Below, in pieces: positions 1-13,536 of a stretch of DNA of 64,000 bases. Below the pieces are notes generated by a model. That model was given only the letters and a program-made list of their open reading frames with translations. It made no database searches and had not been told where the DNA came from. Origin of the DNA: Vermamoeba vermiformis. Its lineage: Eukaryota. Location: the NCBI GenBank assembly GCA_045837725.1, contig JBEWZL010000178.1, positions 1 to 64,000 of the forward strand, in the 5' to 3' direction. The stretch's first letter is position 1. The number at the start of each line of letters is the position of its first letter. Both the position numbers and the translations under genes were made by a program.

Positions 1-1034
1 ACAAGTTGAGTGACTGCAAAAGTAGCCAAAGTCGCGTAGTTTTCGGAATAGTAGCTGGATGCACTCGGGTGTTTGATTCGTAGAATCACGGTAGAAATTG
101 CTTCATAGTAGTTGTTAGAATAAATAAAATTGATATATTGAATCATACTTATAGGAGATACCGGTGCCAGTATTTCCGTATACTGCATACAGCCGTTTGG
201 TAACTGCAGTCAACCGTTCATTGATCTTGCCCTCTGGTGAGAACAAAATGTCTTGGAACAGCGAGGATTTAAAGGATGAGTATTCAGACTCGTCAAAAAA
301 CTGGTGATAGACCAGAATATCAACGCCGAAAGCTGAGACCATTTCCGTAGCCCTGTGTCACGAGATCATTATAATTAACACCCACTGACGGTAATCTTAC
401 TTACGCAGGTAATTCAGTATGCGTACTCTCCTCAATCAATTGTTCAAAGCAAGTAATAGGCTCGGAGTCAATAAAGGCGGTATCATTAAGGGTGTCGTAG
501 ATCGGATCTAAAATTGTGACATTAGATTTAATTGCTCAATACTATTTATCGATAAATACTTACCAATTTCAATTGGTTTTGTACAAATCAGGCTGCAGTT
601 CCAAGTTAAAGAGTAGAACCGCTCTAAAACGCCATCTGAATTTTTCACCTTCAAATCGCCAGCAATTATCTGCTTTACGAACTCCTCAAGCTTGCCGTAG
701 GGCATTGTAATATTGGGCTCCTCTGCTAAAAGGGTCGAGATTACCGCCCTAAAAACTAGCCGTTACTAATTAAGTTAATTTAATTAATTAAAATTTTAAT
801 TTACGCAACAAATTCCCAAAACTAATAAGAAATAAATACGTACCTTAGAGGAATATTTTTCTTATTTTCTGGATCAATTTTGAATAAACGCCGAAAGGCT
901 GCACCAACGATCTTGTTTTGGCTGGTGGCGGACAAGCTAACCACCCTATAGTCATGGCGGACGCTAGACCGGTCAACAGAATTGTCCGGTCCGCATTCCA
1001 CAACTCTAGTGTGCACATGTGTTGTCGCCTCCAT
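1..1034 (-). CDS. Multi-exon protein of unknown function, 3' part runs off the window; true start uncertain (could be ATG near 1210)
   Basis: Minus-strand exon ORFs 822-1034, 508-705 and 115-342 are separated by GT..AG introns and appear to splice into one reading frame; no family recognised. Confidence 0.55.
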
Positions 1035-1430
1035 CCAGAAACAGATAAATGGAAAAATTCGGGACTGTATTTTTGTCTACAAGATTTTACTCATACACAC
1101 AACGATGGGTATAAATAATTCAACGTTGCGTATGCCAAATTATGGAAAACACCATCTTACAACGGCAGATTTAGTGATCCTCACCCGATCTCCGCACCAC
1201 CCTTCGCCATAAATTACTGTAAGCTTAGAATAATTAAAATACCCTACCAAAAAATCAATGTTGCTAATAACCCGCTAAAATAATTGTCCCTTCAATATTT
1301 ATAAATTTTTTTTCGTGCGCCGGGATCAAAGGGATATTGCAGTTGAGCTGAACCACAACAACCTTACCCTCCTTATAAGATGATATCATATATTTTAATA
1401 GCATTTAAATAGTAGTTCGCGCTGCACGCG

Positions 1431-3913
1431 ATGGAGAGTGAGTCAGCGCAATCGCCCGACAGATCAGAGTTAGTAAAACTTACTTAACAAAAATTAAAAT
1501 ATTATATTCTTGCCTATAAAGGGTGCATTATGACCTACTATGCCCAAAACAACTATTTAAAATTTATAATTAAATAATTCAAAAATAATTTGGTAGCGAA
1601 ATACCAGTAAATTAACCACCGATCTTTGCAGCAACTTTACATTGAACGTAAAAATTGGCTCTGGTACGTACTTGGTGAAGGCTGGCCTTAAGAACACCAC
1701 GAGCATACAGTCGCTGAGGACGAGCCTTAATGGCTACGCGGTTCGTCACGGCTTGGATAAAAATTGGGAGCTCATTCACGAGGGACGAAGGTACAACAAT
1801 ACTAATTAAATGCTATAATCAACCCATGTGCTAATGCGCGAAGGTTACCGACTACAACGTGGAGCTGCGGTATTGTGGTGGCAGACGAAGATGTTACAGA
1901 AGGCGTAGTGTGGAAAATCAACATGCAAACACCGCTCAACGAATTTTTTGCTCGATGTGTGTCACGATATCAAGGCAATTCAAAACTGAGCGACAAGACC
2001 GAAGTGCTGTTGTACGATGAGTTGTGCGTGAATATCGCCCTTCTGGATAATTCCGACGGAAAACCTATTCCAGTCGAAGAGGTACAATTAGAAGTATGAT
2101 ACCAATAGCTTAGAATATAGTACTTATAGTTACTCAGGGCATTGCTGAAAGAACACACAGTGCTGTTCATTTGTACGCGGCACCTCGATCAAATAACTTC
2201 AGACTCTTGATCTCAGAAGGAAAATACCAAGGCCTCGGCAGCCAAATGAACAATAGAGTCAACGTGTATAAATACACGGCGAAGCTAGATGATCAAGAGA
2301 TAATTCCTGTTAACGGTAAGCCACTACTATTGCACGACCCCAGGTAGAGCGCCCTTGGAGCTAACGAGTTGCAGAGCATACTGTTAAAAGCGCGACTGAT
2401 ATCGAACTGGCCAACCCACAAGAACAACAAGTGAGGTTAGAAGTTCATCCGCCGAAGCCAACATTCTTTCTCAAAAGCCCTTTCCGTGCACTCGATGACT
2501 CAAAAACACCATACGCAGTAAGTCACTGCTTCATCGTAGCCATAATTACTCATTGGATTGTAGCTTGGTTTCAATGCTGGCGACGTTATCTTCTTACAAT
2601 CGAAGCGTATTATGAGAGCCAAGGCGAAAGTTCAAGATTTTCATATTGAGCCAGGAGCCACGATATACGTAGTTAAAACAATACTAATTACGATTGAAGA
2701 GATTAGTACAAAGGTAACTAGTTAAAGCTAACGAATAGGTCTAACAGCTCGCAGAGGCGACAACTTCAATTGCAAATTCCTGAAGCGCAATGGCTCGTCA
2801 GTGACCTAAAATTTGCTCTATTTGAACATACTAGCGTGCTTCCCTCGTCGATAGTGCTCAGAAAAGACGGCTTAGAAATGCACAATGACGACTTTGTCAG
2901 TCAATACGAAGTTGTCCAAGACTCAGTTATATTCATGGAATTGCTCGGTAAGTGTTCAATAACGATAAGAGAATTAGTATCTAACGCCGCTGTACAGACA
3001 AGCCAATAGTCGACGAAAGAAATCCTCAAACAATTATCGTGCACTTCAGTAAGTTGGTCAAACGCGTGCTCGGTACAACCATCTAATGTTCAACTTACAG
3101 GCAAGCTACCGTCAAAGAGCCCACTAAGGCTTCACTCGAGCAGCAGACATAAGCCCGTAGTCGTTGATATTGACTCGGATGATGAGAGCAAAAACCGAAG
3201 TGTTAAAGGGTCTTCAAACAACTCAACCGCGTCAAAGAACTTGAAACGAAAACTCGACTTTGATAAAAACGACGACAAGAATGAACCACCGAAGAAGAAA
3301 GTGCTGTGGAAGAACTCTATTTCGAGTGATTCCGCGAGCGAAGGCGAGAAGGGAAGGAACAATGTGCACAACGTGGAAGACGGCAGCAACAATAGTGACG
3401 ACGAAGATTTTAGTGGCGTTAATGAAGAATATAATCATAACAATAATGATGAAGAATCAAGTGAGGACGACAGTGAGGAATCTGGATCACCAAAATGGAG
3501 GACGAACAACTCAAACACTAATAATAACAATGCTACTACTAAAAAGAATCATACTAATGGTAACGGCTATAAGCTACAAACTAATGAAAAGCCGAAACAG
3601 AAACCGTTTCAGCAACGCACAGACAAGTCGAGATTGACACATTCAGCGATCATCACGCAAATGAAGCAGTTCCCGAACGGAGCGCAAATCAAAGATATTC
3701 AAGGCGTTTCTATTTGGGAGAATCAAATGATTTATTTCATCTTGATGTAAGTCTGAGACTGGCTTCGCAAGATTGCGAACTTAATTCTTTTTATCTTTCA
3801 GGTCGACGAATGATGGGTTGCGAAGTGCGTGGATAGCGAGTGAGCTGTTGAGCGACTTAAGTCCAAAAGTATTGATCACTTATCTCGAAAGGAAAATGCA
3901 ATTTAGGAAGTAG
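1431..3913 (+). CDS. Ubiquitin-like domain protein with acidic/Asn-rich linker and C-terminal chromoshadow-like domain
   Basis: ATG 1431; Ubl-like exon (VSDLKFALFEHTSVLPSSIVLRKDGLEMHNDDFVSQYEVVQDSVIFM); NLS-like PPKKK; spliced C-terminus IKDIQGVSIWENQMIYFILM-STNDGLRSAWIASELLSDLSPKVLITYLERKMQFRK*. Confidence 0.7.
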
Positions 3914-4337
3914 AAAAAAATGTTTGTCGATCTAAATTTTGTAAATATTTCGTTTATAAACAATATTACCAACACAATGCATTGTAATTACGCACTTGCA
4001 TACCTTTGATAGCCCGCAGTTATAACAAATACTTGCACAGCAGGAAAGTAATCAAATCCGATAGATTGAAATTTATTGACCGCATCATGAATATTTAATA
4101 AATTAACACAATCAATTCCATCTTTACAGGCCTCCTATTTCGGCCACGGGATATTTTTTCATAATTTTTCAATAAATGTAATATTTTTTTGGAGATTTGT
4201 GTCAAAATTCAATAAAAGTTAGCACACTTTTCAAGTATTCACACCAAAAAGTCAGCAAGAACATCGCGAGTGTCAAAAAATCAGATTATAAAATCGATTC
4301 TGTCAATCTTTTCAATTTCATCAAACAATAAAACAAG

Positions 4338-5986
4338 ATGCAATCTACCCCTACTACCGTTATTCCCACGCCTACTGGTAAGAATATTTGAGAAATTTAA
4401 TGAAACTAAACATTACTTTACAGGCTCAATCGAGCTTTTGGCTGCTTTCAATCACTTCGACAAAAATAGCGATGGCTTCTTGAGCCGTAATCAATTTGGA
4501 GATCTGCTCAGCTACTTGGGCTTTAACATTGGTAAATCTAGAGTATGTACCTCATATTCTTCTTTTTTATTAGTATACTAACGGGATCCCATTAGACTGA
4601 CGAATTGTGGAGCATGATCGACTCCAACAAGGACGGTCAAATTTCATTTGGTAAGTGTAAAGACTGAGTAAACTTCGCGGAACTAATTATTAGTATAGAC
4701 GACTTCAGCTCTAACTACGAAAAAATGCTCACGATCGTCTCTCAGCTCGGCTTCACTAATGTCGGTATCGCTCCGACTAGCTCATTGGGTACACAAGCAG
4801 ATCTCAGAACAGCCTTTGATACCTATGACATCAACAAGGACGGCTATATTACTAGAACTCAATTCGGAGACCTTTTGAGCTTCATCGGCATTAATATTGG
4901 CAAACCAAGAGTACGTGCGAAACGGCAAATCCAGCTTGAACTAAAATTGTGCAAATTTATCTTGAAATTCCCTTCCTTTTCCCGCTGCATTCCGCTCGAA
5001 CTTGATTTATTTCACTCACAATCACGATCTAATCTTGATGTTATTGCAGACCGATGAGCTTTGGGAGATTGTTGACACAGATCGTGACGGACGAATTAAC
5101 TTTGGTACGTTCGATACAAGTGGTAGCTCTTGTGATTCATTGAATTAACACTTTTGAACAGAGGAACTCGATAACCACTACTCTTTAATCATCAATTCTG
5201 CCAAGAATGTTGGTGGATTCGTTCAAAAAGTCGGCGGAGGTCGCGACTTAGTCTCGCCTGCTAGCAGCATTAAACTTCGTGATTTGCAACCCCTCAAGAC
5301 TGCACCTGCCGTTCCCATCGCCCAAACCGCTACTGTTGCACCTACTGTCACTCAGCAAGGTAAGTTCATATCAAAAGAGGGCATTGAGAGCGGCCAAAAT
5401 AACCTTATTTTGTTAGTTACTACCACCGTTGTTGAGCCTCAAGTCACCAGTGATATCTCAGTCCCGACAGTCACTGTCACTCCTAGCCACGATCAACCGA
5501 TTATCACCGTTACAGAAGTGCCCGTTACCACGACAACTGGCTACATCCAACAACCCGGCTACACTTCCGGCAGCGGTGCCACTGGTGGTCAACAATCGAT
5601 GAGCACCGGTCTCGATTATGGCGTTAGCCAAGGCTCCTACGGTCTGCTGACTAGTGCCCAAGGCCTCGATCTCAAGACCGCCTTCTCACAAGTCGACAAG
5701 AATCACACTGGTTACATTACGCGCGAACAATTTGGAGACCTCCTTCGCTCATTGGGTCGCTCCGTCGATACTGGTGACAAAGTAAGCAAAGAATAGCGAC
5801 TATTTAAAGTGCACTGACTAATTATGTTCTCAACAGCTGGATACACTCTGGAACCAACTTGATGTGAACAAGAGTGGTCGAATTAGCTATGGTATGTATC
5901 AATAATACGTTGAGTAAAATAGTATCTAATTGTTGCATCACACAGACGAATTTTCTTCCAACTTGGGCGTGATCAACGCAGCTTAA
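4338..5986 (+). CDS. EF-hand calcium-binding protein (three EF-hand pairs, Thr/Val/Gly-rich linker)
   Basis: DKNSDGFLS, DSNKDGQIS, DINKDGYIT, DTDRDGRIN, DKNHTGYIT and DVNKSGRIS loops across spliced exons. Confidence 0.9.
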
Positions 5987-6984
5987 AATAAGCGGAAACG
6001 CATCCGCGAGACAACCAACGAAATAATTCCTTGTAAATAGATATAAATACCTTTACCGTATTTTGGTTTGTACATCTCGCACTATGAGCGTCAATTTTGC
6101 GATCTTCGTACAACACTAACCGAATCTGGATTTGTCTCCTGGAAGAGAATTCGAGGTCTAGTTAACTTCAATAGCAAGAACTTAATAAGAGTAAGATAAA
6201 ATATGCGTTTCTTAGGGTGGTGCTCGAGAGCGGAGGCTAAAAAAAGTTGAGCGGGTGAAAAGTGAACGTTATGGGCCATTTTTATTTACAACAAATAAGC
6301 GCTGTATGTTGACTACTACATGCTTAGGATAATCAGCGTCCACCCATATCAATAAATATAGCCGTTTTGACGTCAATCAACATTGAGCCTCACATCGACA
6401 GCGAGGTGGAGGGCATGTGTGCTCGGAAGCAATCCAACCCACAACCAAAATTCAATAAAGCTCTTCTCACGCTAAAAAACTTAGAATCAATTAATATAGA
6501 GTATTCATCTCATTTAAAAGGTAAGTCTTAGATAACTATCGATAGAATTTAAATTCGAAGGATAAATTATTTTCTTAGGCCACCAATTGTATTTTCTATT
6601 TTGCTTTATCATTATATATAGTAGTATTGATACATATAACAATAATTATTTTTATTTTCCTTCAAAATACGACTAATAACGGTATTTTTAATTTTTTTGT
6701 ATGCAAATCTACGGTCGACAAATTCTAATATGACCGCTTATCCCATTTATAGCTATATATTTACAATCGCCATTACATTTGATTATTCTTTTCGATTTTT
6801 TGTACACCAGTACCAAGCAAATTGCAGCACAATTATTGCTGCATTACCGATCTTCGCTCCAGAAAATAATATTATAACCGCTATGCTACCAAAACGAAAG
6901 ATAGACTGCTCTCATCAAAAAATACACGAAACATAACACCCCTAAATGCAAATAGATGAAATAGCATTGAACTCAATTACGAGT

Positions 6985-7130
6985 TCGAAGATCGCCTCAA
7001 ACCCACGAGCAACACGGAGAAACTCATCACGTTGATCGAGCTTGCCATAAGCTAGCGCCACTAGCTTACGTACGATCAACCCAGATTGAATCTCCTGGAA
7101 GCTTGCCGTGGGTAGTACGTGCGCCTTCAA
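6985..7130. ncRNA. Candidate structured non-coding RNA (long rod-like hairpin), family not recognised
   Basis: Nested inverted segments: acccacg 7001-7007/cgtgggt 7107-7113, ggaga/tctcc, gttgatcg 7031-7038/cgatcaac 7073-7080, taagctag 7048-7055/ctagctta 7061-7068; GC-rich island in an AT-rich intergenic region. Confidence 0.45.
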
Positions 7131-7633
7131 TTTATCTCGCCGAAACGAGATTTCTGCGGCCGCGTGAAAGGAAAAAAAAATTTAGCCCGCGACAAGCACG
7201 CGAATTATTAATCATTATTTGTATGCGAGCTAGTACAAGGAGCGAGGACTCGGAATAGTGGTTTATTGTAAATACATATTCAAAGAACAAAGGAACCAAA
7301 CCGCATTTGCTCTCACTCCTCTGATTTGGAAGTGAGTAATCAAAATACGCTTCCACGCACTATTCCGCACGCAAAATATTATTCAGTAGTATTAGTGGAA
7401 CAATAGATGCTCAATAATCATTGCATTATTTAATATGCAATGCATCTGAGCGTCGAATCTTCCATTTTTATTGACAACAATTTAGTTTATTTTTAACGAT
7501 GTAACAATACTACGACACTACAAAATACGTTTTTATTTTATCTACGAGTGGCAAAACGATTTTATACCATTAATTTTTATTTTGGATGGAATCCTGTCTT
7601 CGATTCAGAACTAACCATTCTTCTACAGACAAT

Positions 7634-9389
7634 ATGGGCGGAATACTTAGTAAGCCGATCAAAAATCAACTTATACAACGAAGGGGAAGCCCGCGGTTTA
7701 AAGTGGCTGTAGCTTCCATGCAAGGTAAAATAGATTTGCAATTTTTTTTGATCTACCGTTTGCAGTTTAACTTTATTCTATTATTTTCTATTAATTTAAG
7801 CCGCTTAGAAGCGACATTTTCGAGTTAATTCGAGGGCTAGGATCCAAATTTTGAATTTCCCTCCTCTTTTCTGTTACCGTTACACCAATTCTAAAAAAGG
7901 TCAATTCGTTTCGTGAACGATCTCTAACCGTTTGTATCTTATTCAGGCTATCGAGAATCCATGGAAGATGCGCACTCAGTGATAACTACACTGCCGCATC
8001 ACGAGAACTCAGCTTTCTTTGGAGTTTTCGACGGACACAGCGGCTACAAGGCCTCCGAATACTGCGCGGCTCACTTTCACACTTTCATCGATAAATATGA
8101 CACTATAGACGCGAAGGCGATAACAGAAGCCACCATGGCCGTCGACAAGAGCTTTATGGAAGAGTTCCCGACAGCTGATGATGGCTGCACAGCCACTTAC
8201 TGCGTGGTTCATTCAAATGATAGTATGCATCGTTACGCGATATATAACGAGCGAATAACGTGTCTAATTTGTTTCTACTTCAACAGATGGTCCAGAATTT
8301 GATATACTTGTTGGTAACGTTGGTGACTCGCGAACGTTCTTGCTAAGGAAGGACGGCACGTACAGCGTCACAAAAGATCATAAGCCCAACGATGACGCGG
8401 AAAGAGAACGCATTGTAAAGGCGAAGGGAAGCGTGCTGATGAACAGAGTCAACGGAGATCTAGCCCTTTCACGAGCGATTGGTGATCGAAAGTTTAAGCA
8501 AGGTCACGATCTGCCGGCCCACGAACAACAAGTTATTGCATTACCCGATATTACAGAGCTCAAGGCCACAAAAGATGATGTATTATTCATTTGCTGCGAC
8601 GGTATCTTTGAAGCCATGAGCAATACTGGTAAGTCAACCTATATAGCTTTTATTACTTGCACGCGTGTCTATACGCAGGTAACTAACGAATGGTATCGTA
8701 TAGATGTTGTAGAATTTTTACGAGCTCGTCTGCAGCGCAACGAAGATCCTGCAAAAATGCTATCCGACTTGCTTCACCAAGTAGTAGTTGCCAGTAAAGG
8801 TAGTTCAAAAACACCCTACTCAAGTTGTGGATCGTCCTAATGCGTTCTACTAACAGATAATATGACGGCAATGATCGTTCTCTTCGAAGACGGAACAAGT
8901 TATCAAACAGAAAAAGATGAATTAATTCTGGGACCTTATCAACGAGACGATAAGCCAGACTTTAAAAAATCATACGAAGATAATTTGCTTCGTCTCGGTG
9001 TAACCTTAGAACAAGCACTCGATGCTCGTAAGTCCAACGAATCTGCATCCGCATCTCGACATGACTAACGCTTTATTAGTTTCAAAAGGCGGAGTGCTTC
9101 ATGTAGATACACGACACAAAATAGATGTCGACTCTTTTATGTCTAAAAATGCGGGCGGTGATCCTGCTAGCAACGAATTGAAAAAATGTAGCAATCCAAC
9201 ATGTAACAATATAGAAACCGCTGTGGGTGAATTTAAAACTTGCGGCAAATGTAAATCCGTGTTTTACTGCTCACGAGGTACGTATAACTCTAATAATTGC
9301 TAGCACAAGTAACTAACGGATTAGCGGAAACAGACTGCCAAGCGAAGCACTGGAAAGCAGGACACAAGCTCGAATGTAAACCTAAATAG
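7634..9389 (+). CDS. PP2C/PPM protein phosphatase, N-myristoylation-like start, with C-terminal MYND zinc finger
   Basis: MGGILSKP; MQG-YRESMEDAH; VFDGHSG; NVGDSR; DHKP; RVNGDLALSRAIGD; CCDG; DNMT; intron 9028-9079 joins in frame to CSNPTC..CGKC..YCSR-DCQAKHWKAGHKLEC. Confidence 0.92.
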
Positions 9390-10064
9390 TGAAATATCTG
9401 CCAAAATGCCAAAGCCAACTAGTAAATAAATATATGTGTTATTATAACTGAGCGTTTCCAAACCCGTAAACGGATGCTGCCGGGTGGTTCACGTAATTTA
9501 TTAAATAGTTCCTGGTCCAAAATAAGCAAGAGGAGAGACTGCGAGCCAATTTTAGGTATGCGCAAATATATTTTACACGTAATTTACAAGTTGGGAAGAA
9601 AGTTGAACCGACGAATAATTTTTGTTTGCTAAGTACGCGTGCAGGATGTATACTTGCTGCACAATGGACAAATTCCCTATCGTATTGCGGAATAGTAGGA
9701 AATACTTACGAGGGTTTAATATTCCTGGGTGGCGGAACTTTATAGGGGTTCGTTCACCGGGAGCACGCCGGTAAATTCATATCTCTCTGATCCATACTAT
9801 CGAGCGTATCGATAGTGCCCTGATCACGCTAGCTTCCTATTCAATCGAGTATATACAGAAAACTGAAGCTAATTTTAAGCTTTGCGTTGATTTATGGAAA
9901 ATTAGTCCGCAAAGAATCTTATTTAAATTGGGATGACATCTTTTAAATTTTATGTTTACAAAATCTTCAGTTTGCGTCAATTGTCATTCTTTATTTTTAC
10001 TCAGCAGCGAATACCACGCGGCTCTTGTTCAACCTGAGCTAGATCTACAAGCTCGTACTCAAAC

Positions 10065-12024
10065 ATGCCTCGTGTATTATACATCAGCTTATTTATATTG
10101 GCCACCTTTTTAACGGCTCATACAAGCGCTAAATTAACAATCCTTACCCCTGAGTCGCTGTTCAATACAACATTTAGAACAGCGCAGATCTACTTTCAAG
10201 GTAAAATCTTTTTAGGCTTGCCTGTTTACGTTGCCATCGCTAACCAAACATCACGTCTATAGGACTACCCGAAAACTTTCCTAACATCACTGGCCGTTTG
10301 GTCCCGTATGAGTATGCTGAGCAATATCCCGGATCTATTGTATTAGTATACTCTGAGCCACCCCCAGAGGAGCTCATTCGCCGAATTCAAGCTGCTGGAG
10401 CTATGGCGATTATATTAACACCGAAGACTCCCACGTTGGGTAAGTGCGGATCATTTCATCATCCGGTTTATGACAAATTTAATAATCCATGCAGCAGCCT
10501 TCACTCCTGGAGAGACCTATATTAATACCGACAACAAGGATACTACTGACATCGTAATTCCTGTCGCTGAGGTCTTGAATGTTTATCAATTTTACGACGA
10601 GCTGCTCGATCTAACAGCACAAAACATCAGCGTAGAAGTCCTTCTTACTTCCGAAGGCAAGTAATTACTACAATGACCATATACACGTGCATAAGGGCAA
10701 TTAATACAATTCACTCAATTGAATCAGTAAATTGTAGCGGCCTTTTCTAACCGTACTTTCGTATTACAGAACTGAATCTTTACAAAGACTTAGTTGATTC
10801 CTATTGGTCACGCATCTTCCAAGTCATCATGGGCAGTTTTTGTCTCGTCAATCTTGGATTGGCAATTTGGCGCGTTGCCTTTTTCGTTCAGTACTCGAAA
10901 GCTAGCGGCAACAAACTCCCTATCCCCTTTACCGTACTCTCATTTTTGATTGTGGCTAATATAAGTAAGTAACAGTTTTGAATTCCAAATCTGAAATGGT
11001 ATTGCGATTCTGACTTGCCAAAAATAGCTCGCATTGTCGCTTTGGTGGATTACAATGGCTACGGTAGATTATACCCATACGCTGCCAAGATATTCTTAGC
11101 AAGTTTGCCCTCGCCGTTCATTAGTGCGGCAGCATTTTTGATTGCCTTCTACTGGTAACGAATCCGCTTAAAAATTAATGCTCAATAGATTCTTACATTT
11201 TTCTAAGGCACGAGTGTTTGAAGCGAAGTTCCATCGTAGTTACACCATTTTTGAAGAAATTGAAGATCCCTTTCTACTGCATCTGCGCTGGTTTGTTCGC
11301 GTTTGAATACGTGGCTGCTATTCTCCATATCTACAATATTGGCTCGTGGCTCTATGGTAGGTCTCGTCAATAACACTAAACTATCGATAATAACACTATT
11401 TATAGCCTTTACCGCTGTCTACATTGCCATTACTTTGGCCCTCGCAATTTTCTACCTCACGGTCGCGGCACAAGTCTTGAAGCGCTTGAAATCTGGTGCT
11501 AAGCAGTTCAAACGACGAAGCGTGTCGAAGAAGGTAGTGTCGGCTACTATATAATAACACATATAGATTCATATTAACGTACTTGCATAGGCCTCTATCA
11601 TGATGATTTTGACCGGTGTTTCGATCGTTGGCTGGTCACTTTCGTTCGGTCTTTATATTCCGTTCCAAATGACTCCTTATGGTACGTAAATAACAATCTC
11701 ATACTAGTACAAGGTACTAATACAGTTCATACCTTTTCAGCTCAAATGGTGCTGTACTTCTTTTTGATTTTCTTCAGTCACTGCATCTCGTTCTTCATTA
11801 TTATGACTTTCATCGTTTCCGCGAACAACGCTAAAACCAAGTCTAGCGGTGGTAGCACTGAGACTGGTACTGGCACTGGCACTGGTAACAGCAGCTCAAA
11901 AGTTGATTCGATGAAAGCACCTGACACAGCACGACTCGAGAGATCCAACTCTGTCGTCATGACATCGAGCAGTGTTGAGTCCAATACTGTTCTTTCGATG
12001 ACTCCAAAGGACTTGCCAAAATAA
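10065..12024 (+). CDS. Signal-peptide, PA (protease-associated)-like ectodomain, multi-pass (about 7TM) membrane protein
   Basis: Hydrophobic N-terminus; PA-like IRRIQAAGAMAIIL..IVIPVAEV; several hydrophobic helices in spliced exons; Ser/Thr-rich cytosolic tail. Confidence 0.7.
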
Positions 12025-12377
12025 TTTTGTAACTCCATCGTGTAAAATAGTAACGAATGTAAAATAGAACAAGTATTTATACCCCGTAAATCGAGCCTAA
12101 ACTTACAGTACTGCTTAATGGTGCTCTCGTCGTGCCTTTCTTTATCACATCTAGCCGGCGGTTAATTGCTTACTGCTGAATTTCAACACTAATGTGACTT
12201 ACGTTGGCCGATCAAAAACAGCAAGATCTGAAGGTCGAATTCGCTTTCTGAATTGACAATATAATATAATTGTTTTCGTTCGTCCATGACGAGTTGGTTG
12301 ATTCTCTGCGTAACGAGAGACAAAGGATCAAATTTGAAGTTATTTTTTACCTATTTTTACAACTCGTTGACAACCAC

Positions 12378-13536
12378 TTAAAGTTCGTCTTCAAGACCCA
12401 GTTCAGGGTAATCACCAACAGTCACCATGGACGGCTTAACGAAGGAGCCGTACTTGGGTGGGCAAGAGAAGTATCGCTTGCCTTGCACGCTGCCGTCGTT
12501 CTTGCCCATCGGTTCGTCAAGTTGCACGCCGACCCAGTAGCCCTCACCGAATTCCACGAGGCCTACGTACATAACTGTGCCGCGCTTTTCCAACTCGTCT
12601 GTGCGCTTAACGAGGCATCTGTCGCCAACTTTAATTGAGGGAGGGTATTCGATCTGAAAGATAAGTTCAGTTAGTAAAAGTACATCCAAAAACACATCCA
12701 GTACGCGAAGTATAAAACTGACTAACCAAGTAAAATAATAATGTAGTGCAATGACGATATATTAATAATTACCTTTTTGCCTTCTTTTTCTTGCTGTTGT
12801 TTCCACTTACGAAGAGTGTTTTCGCGTTGGTCGTATTGTTCCTCAGTCAATTCGAATCGTTCAAGCTAAGTGGTGTTACGTTAATAAAAGATGCGTGTAA
12901 GTAAGTGAACGATTGATCTTACCTTTGAGAAGTCTTGGAGCGATGAGACTGTTTGGTTGGGATCGAGATCTTCGACGAACAAAATCTAAGGGATGATAGT
13001 GTTAGAATCGTTATAATACCTATTCGCAAAAGGAACAATGATCTTTTGCGGTTTAATTCGAGCTTCGAGTCAGATTCAATCAAAGATCTCTGATTGCGGT
13101 CGAATTAAATAGAAAAAAATAGATTTAGTTATAAAAGTACCTGATCATTGGCGGGATTGTAACTGCTCAATGTTCGGTTATCATCTGAAAGGTTAGCAAG
13201 CACTTTTGTTCGATCAGCGGGATCACGGAGTGACAAGCGTTGATATTCAGGGGCAGTGCCGACAATAGGCTCGACCTATATTAATTAAATTAGTAAAAAA
13301 ATAGTGGAATATTCTGTGCTAGTACAAGCGAGATCTAAATTTAAAAAAATGCGGGATCGAAAATAATAATATTTGAAAATATTAATTTGGATTTGCAATA
13401 ATGGTATCGATACTACTAAGCGGATCTTTACCTTCTTTTTGAGTTGCGCGATTGTGATATCTGTGGGGAAGTTTTTTTCGGTGGCGAAAGTGCCTTGGAT
13501 CAACACTGAGTGTCTAACACCTAATCTTACGGACAT
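12378..13536 (-). CDS. TBCB: Tubulin-folding cofactor B (Ubl + CAP-Gly)
   Basis: N-terminal Ubl ([16 protein letters not shown]), linker [20 protein letters not shown]-Gly [24 protein letters not shown]-terminal [12 protein letters not shown]. Confidence 0.93.

Noticed and set aside
6942-7130. 62-aa minus-strand ORF over the hairpin
   Set aside because: Non-ATG start, no splice context and no motif; the nested pairing explains the GC-rich composition better
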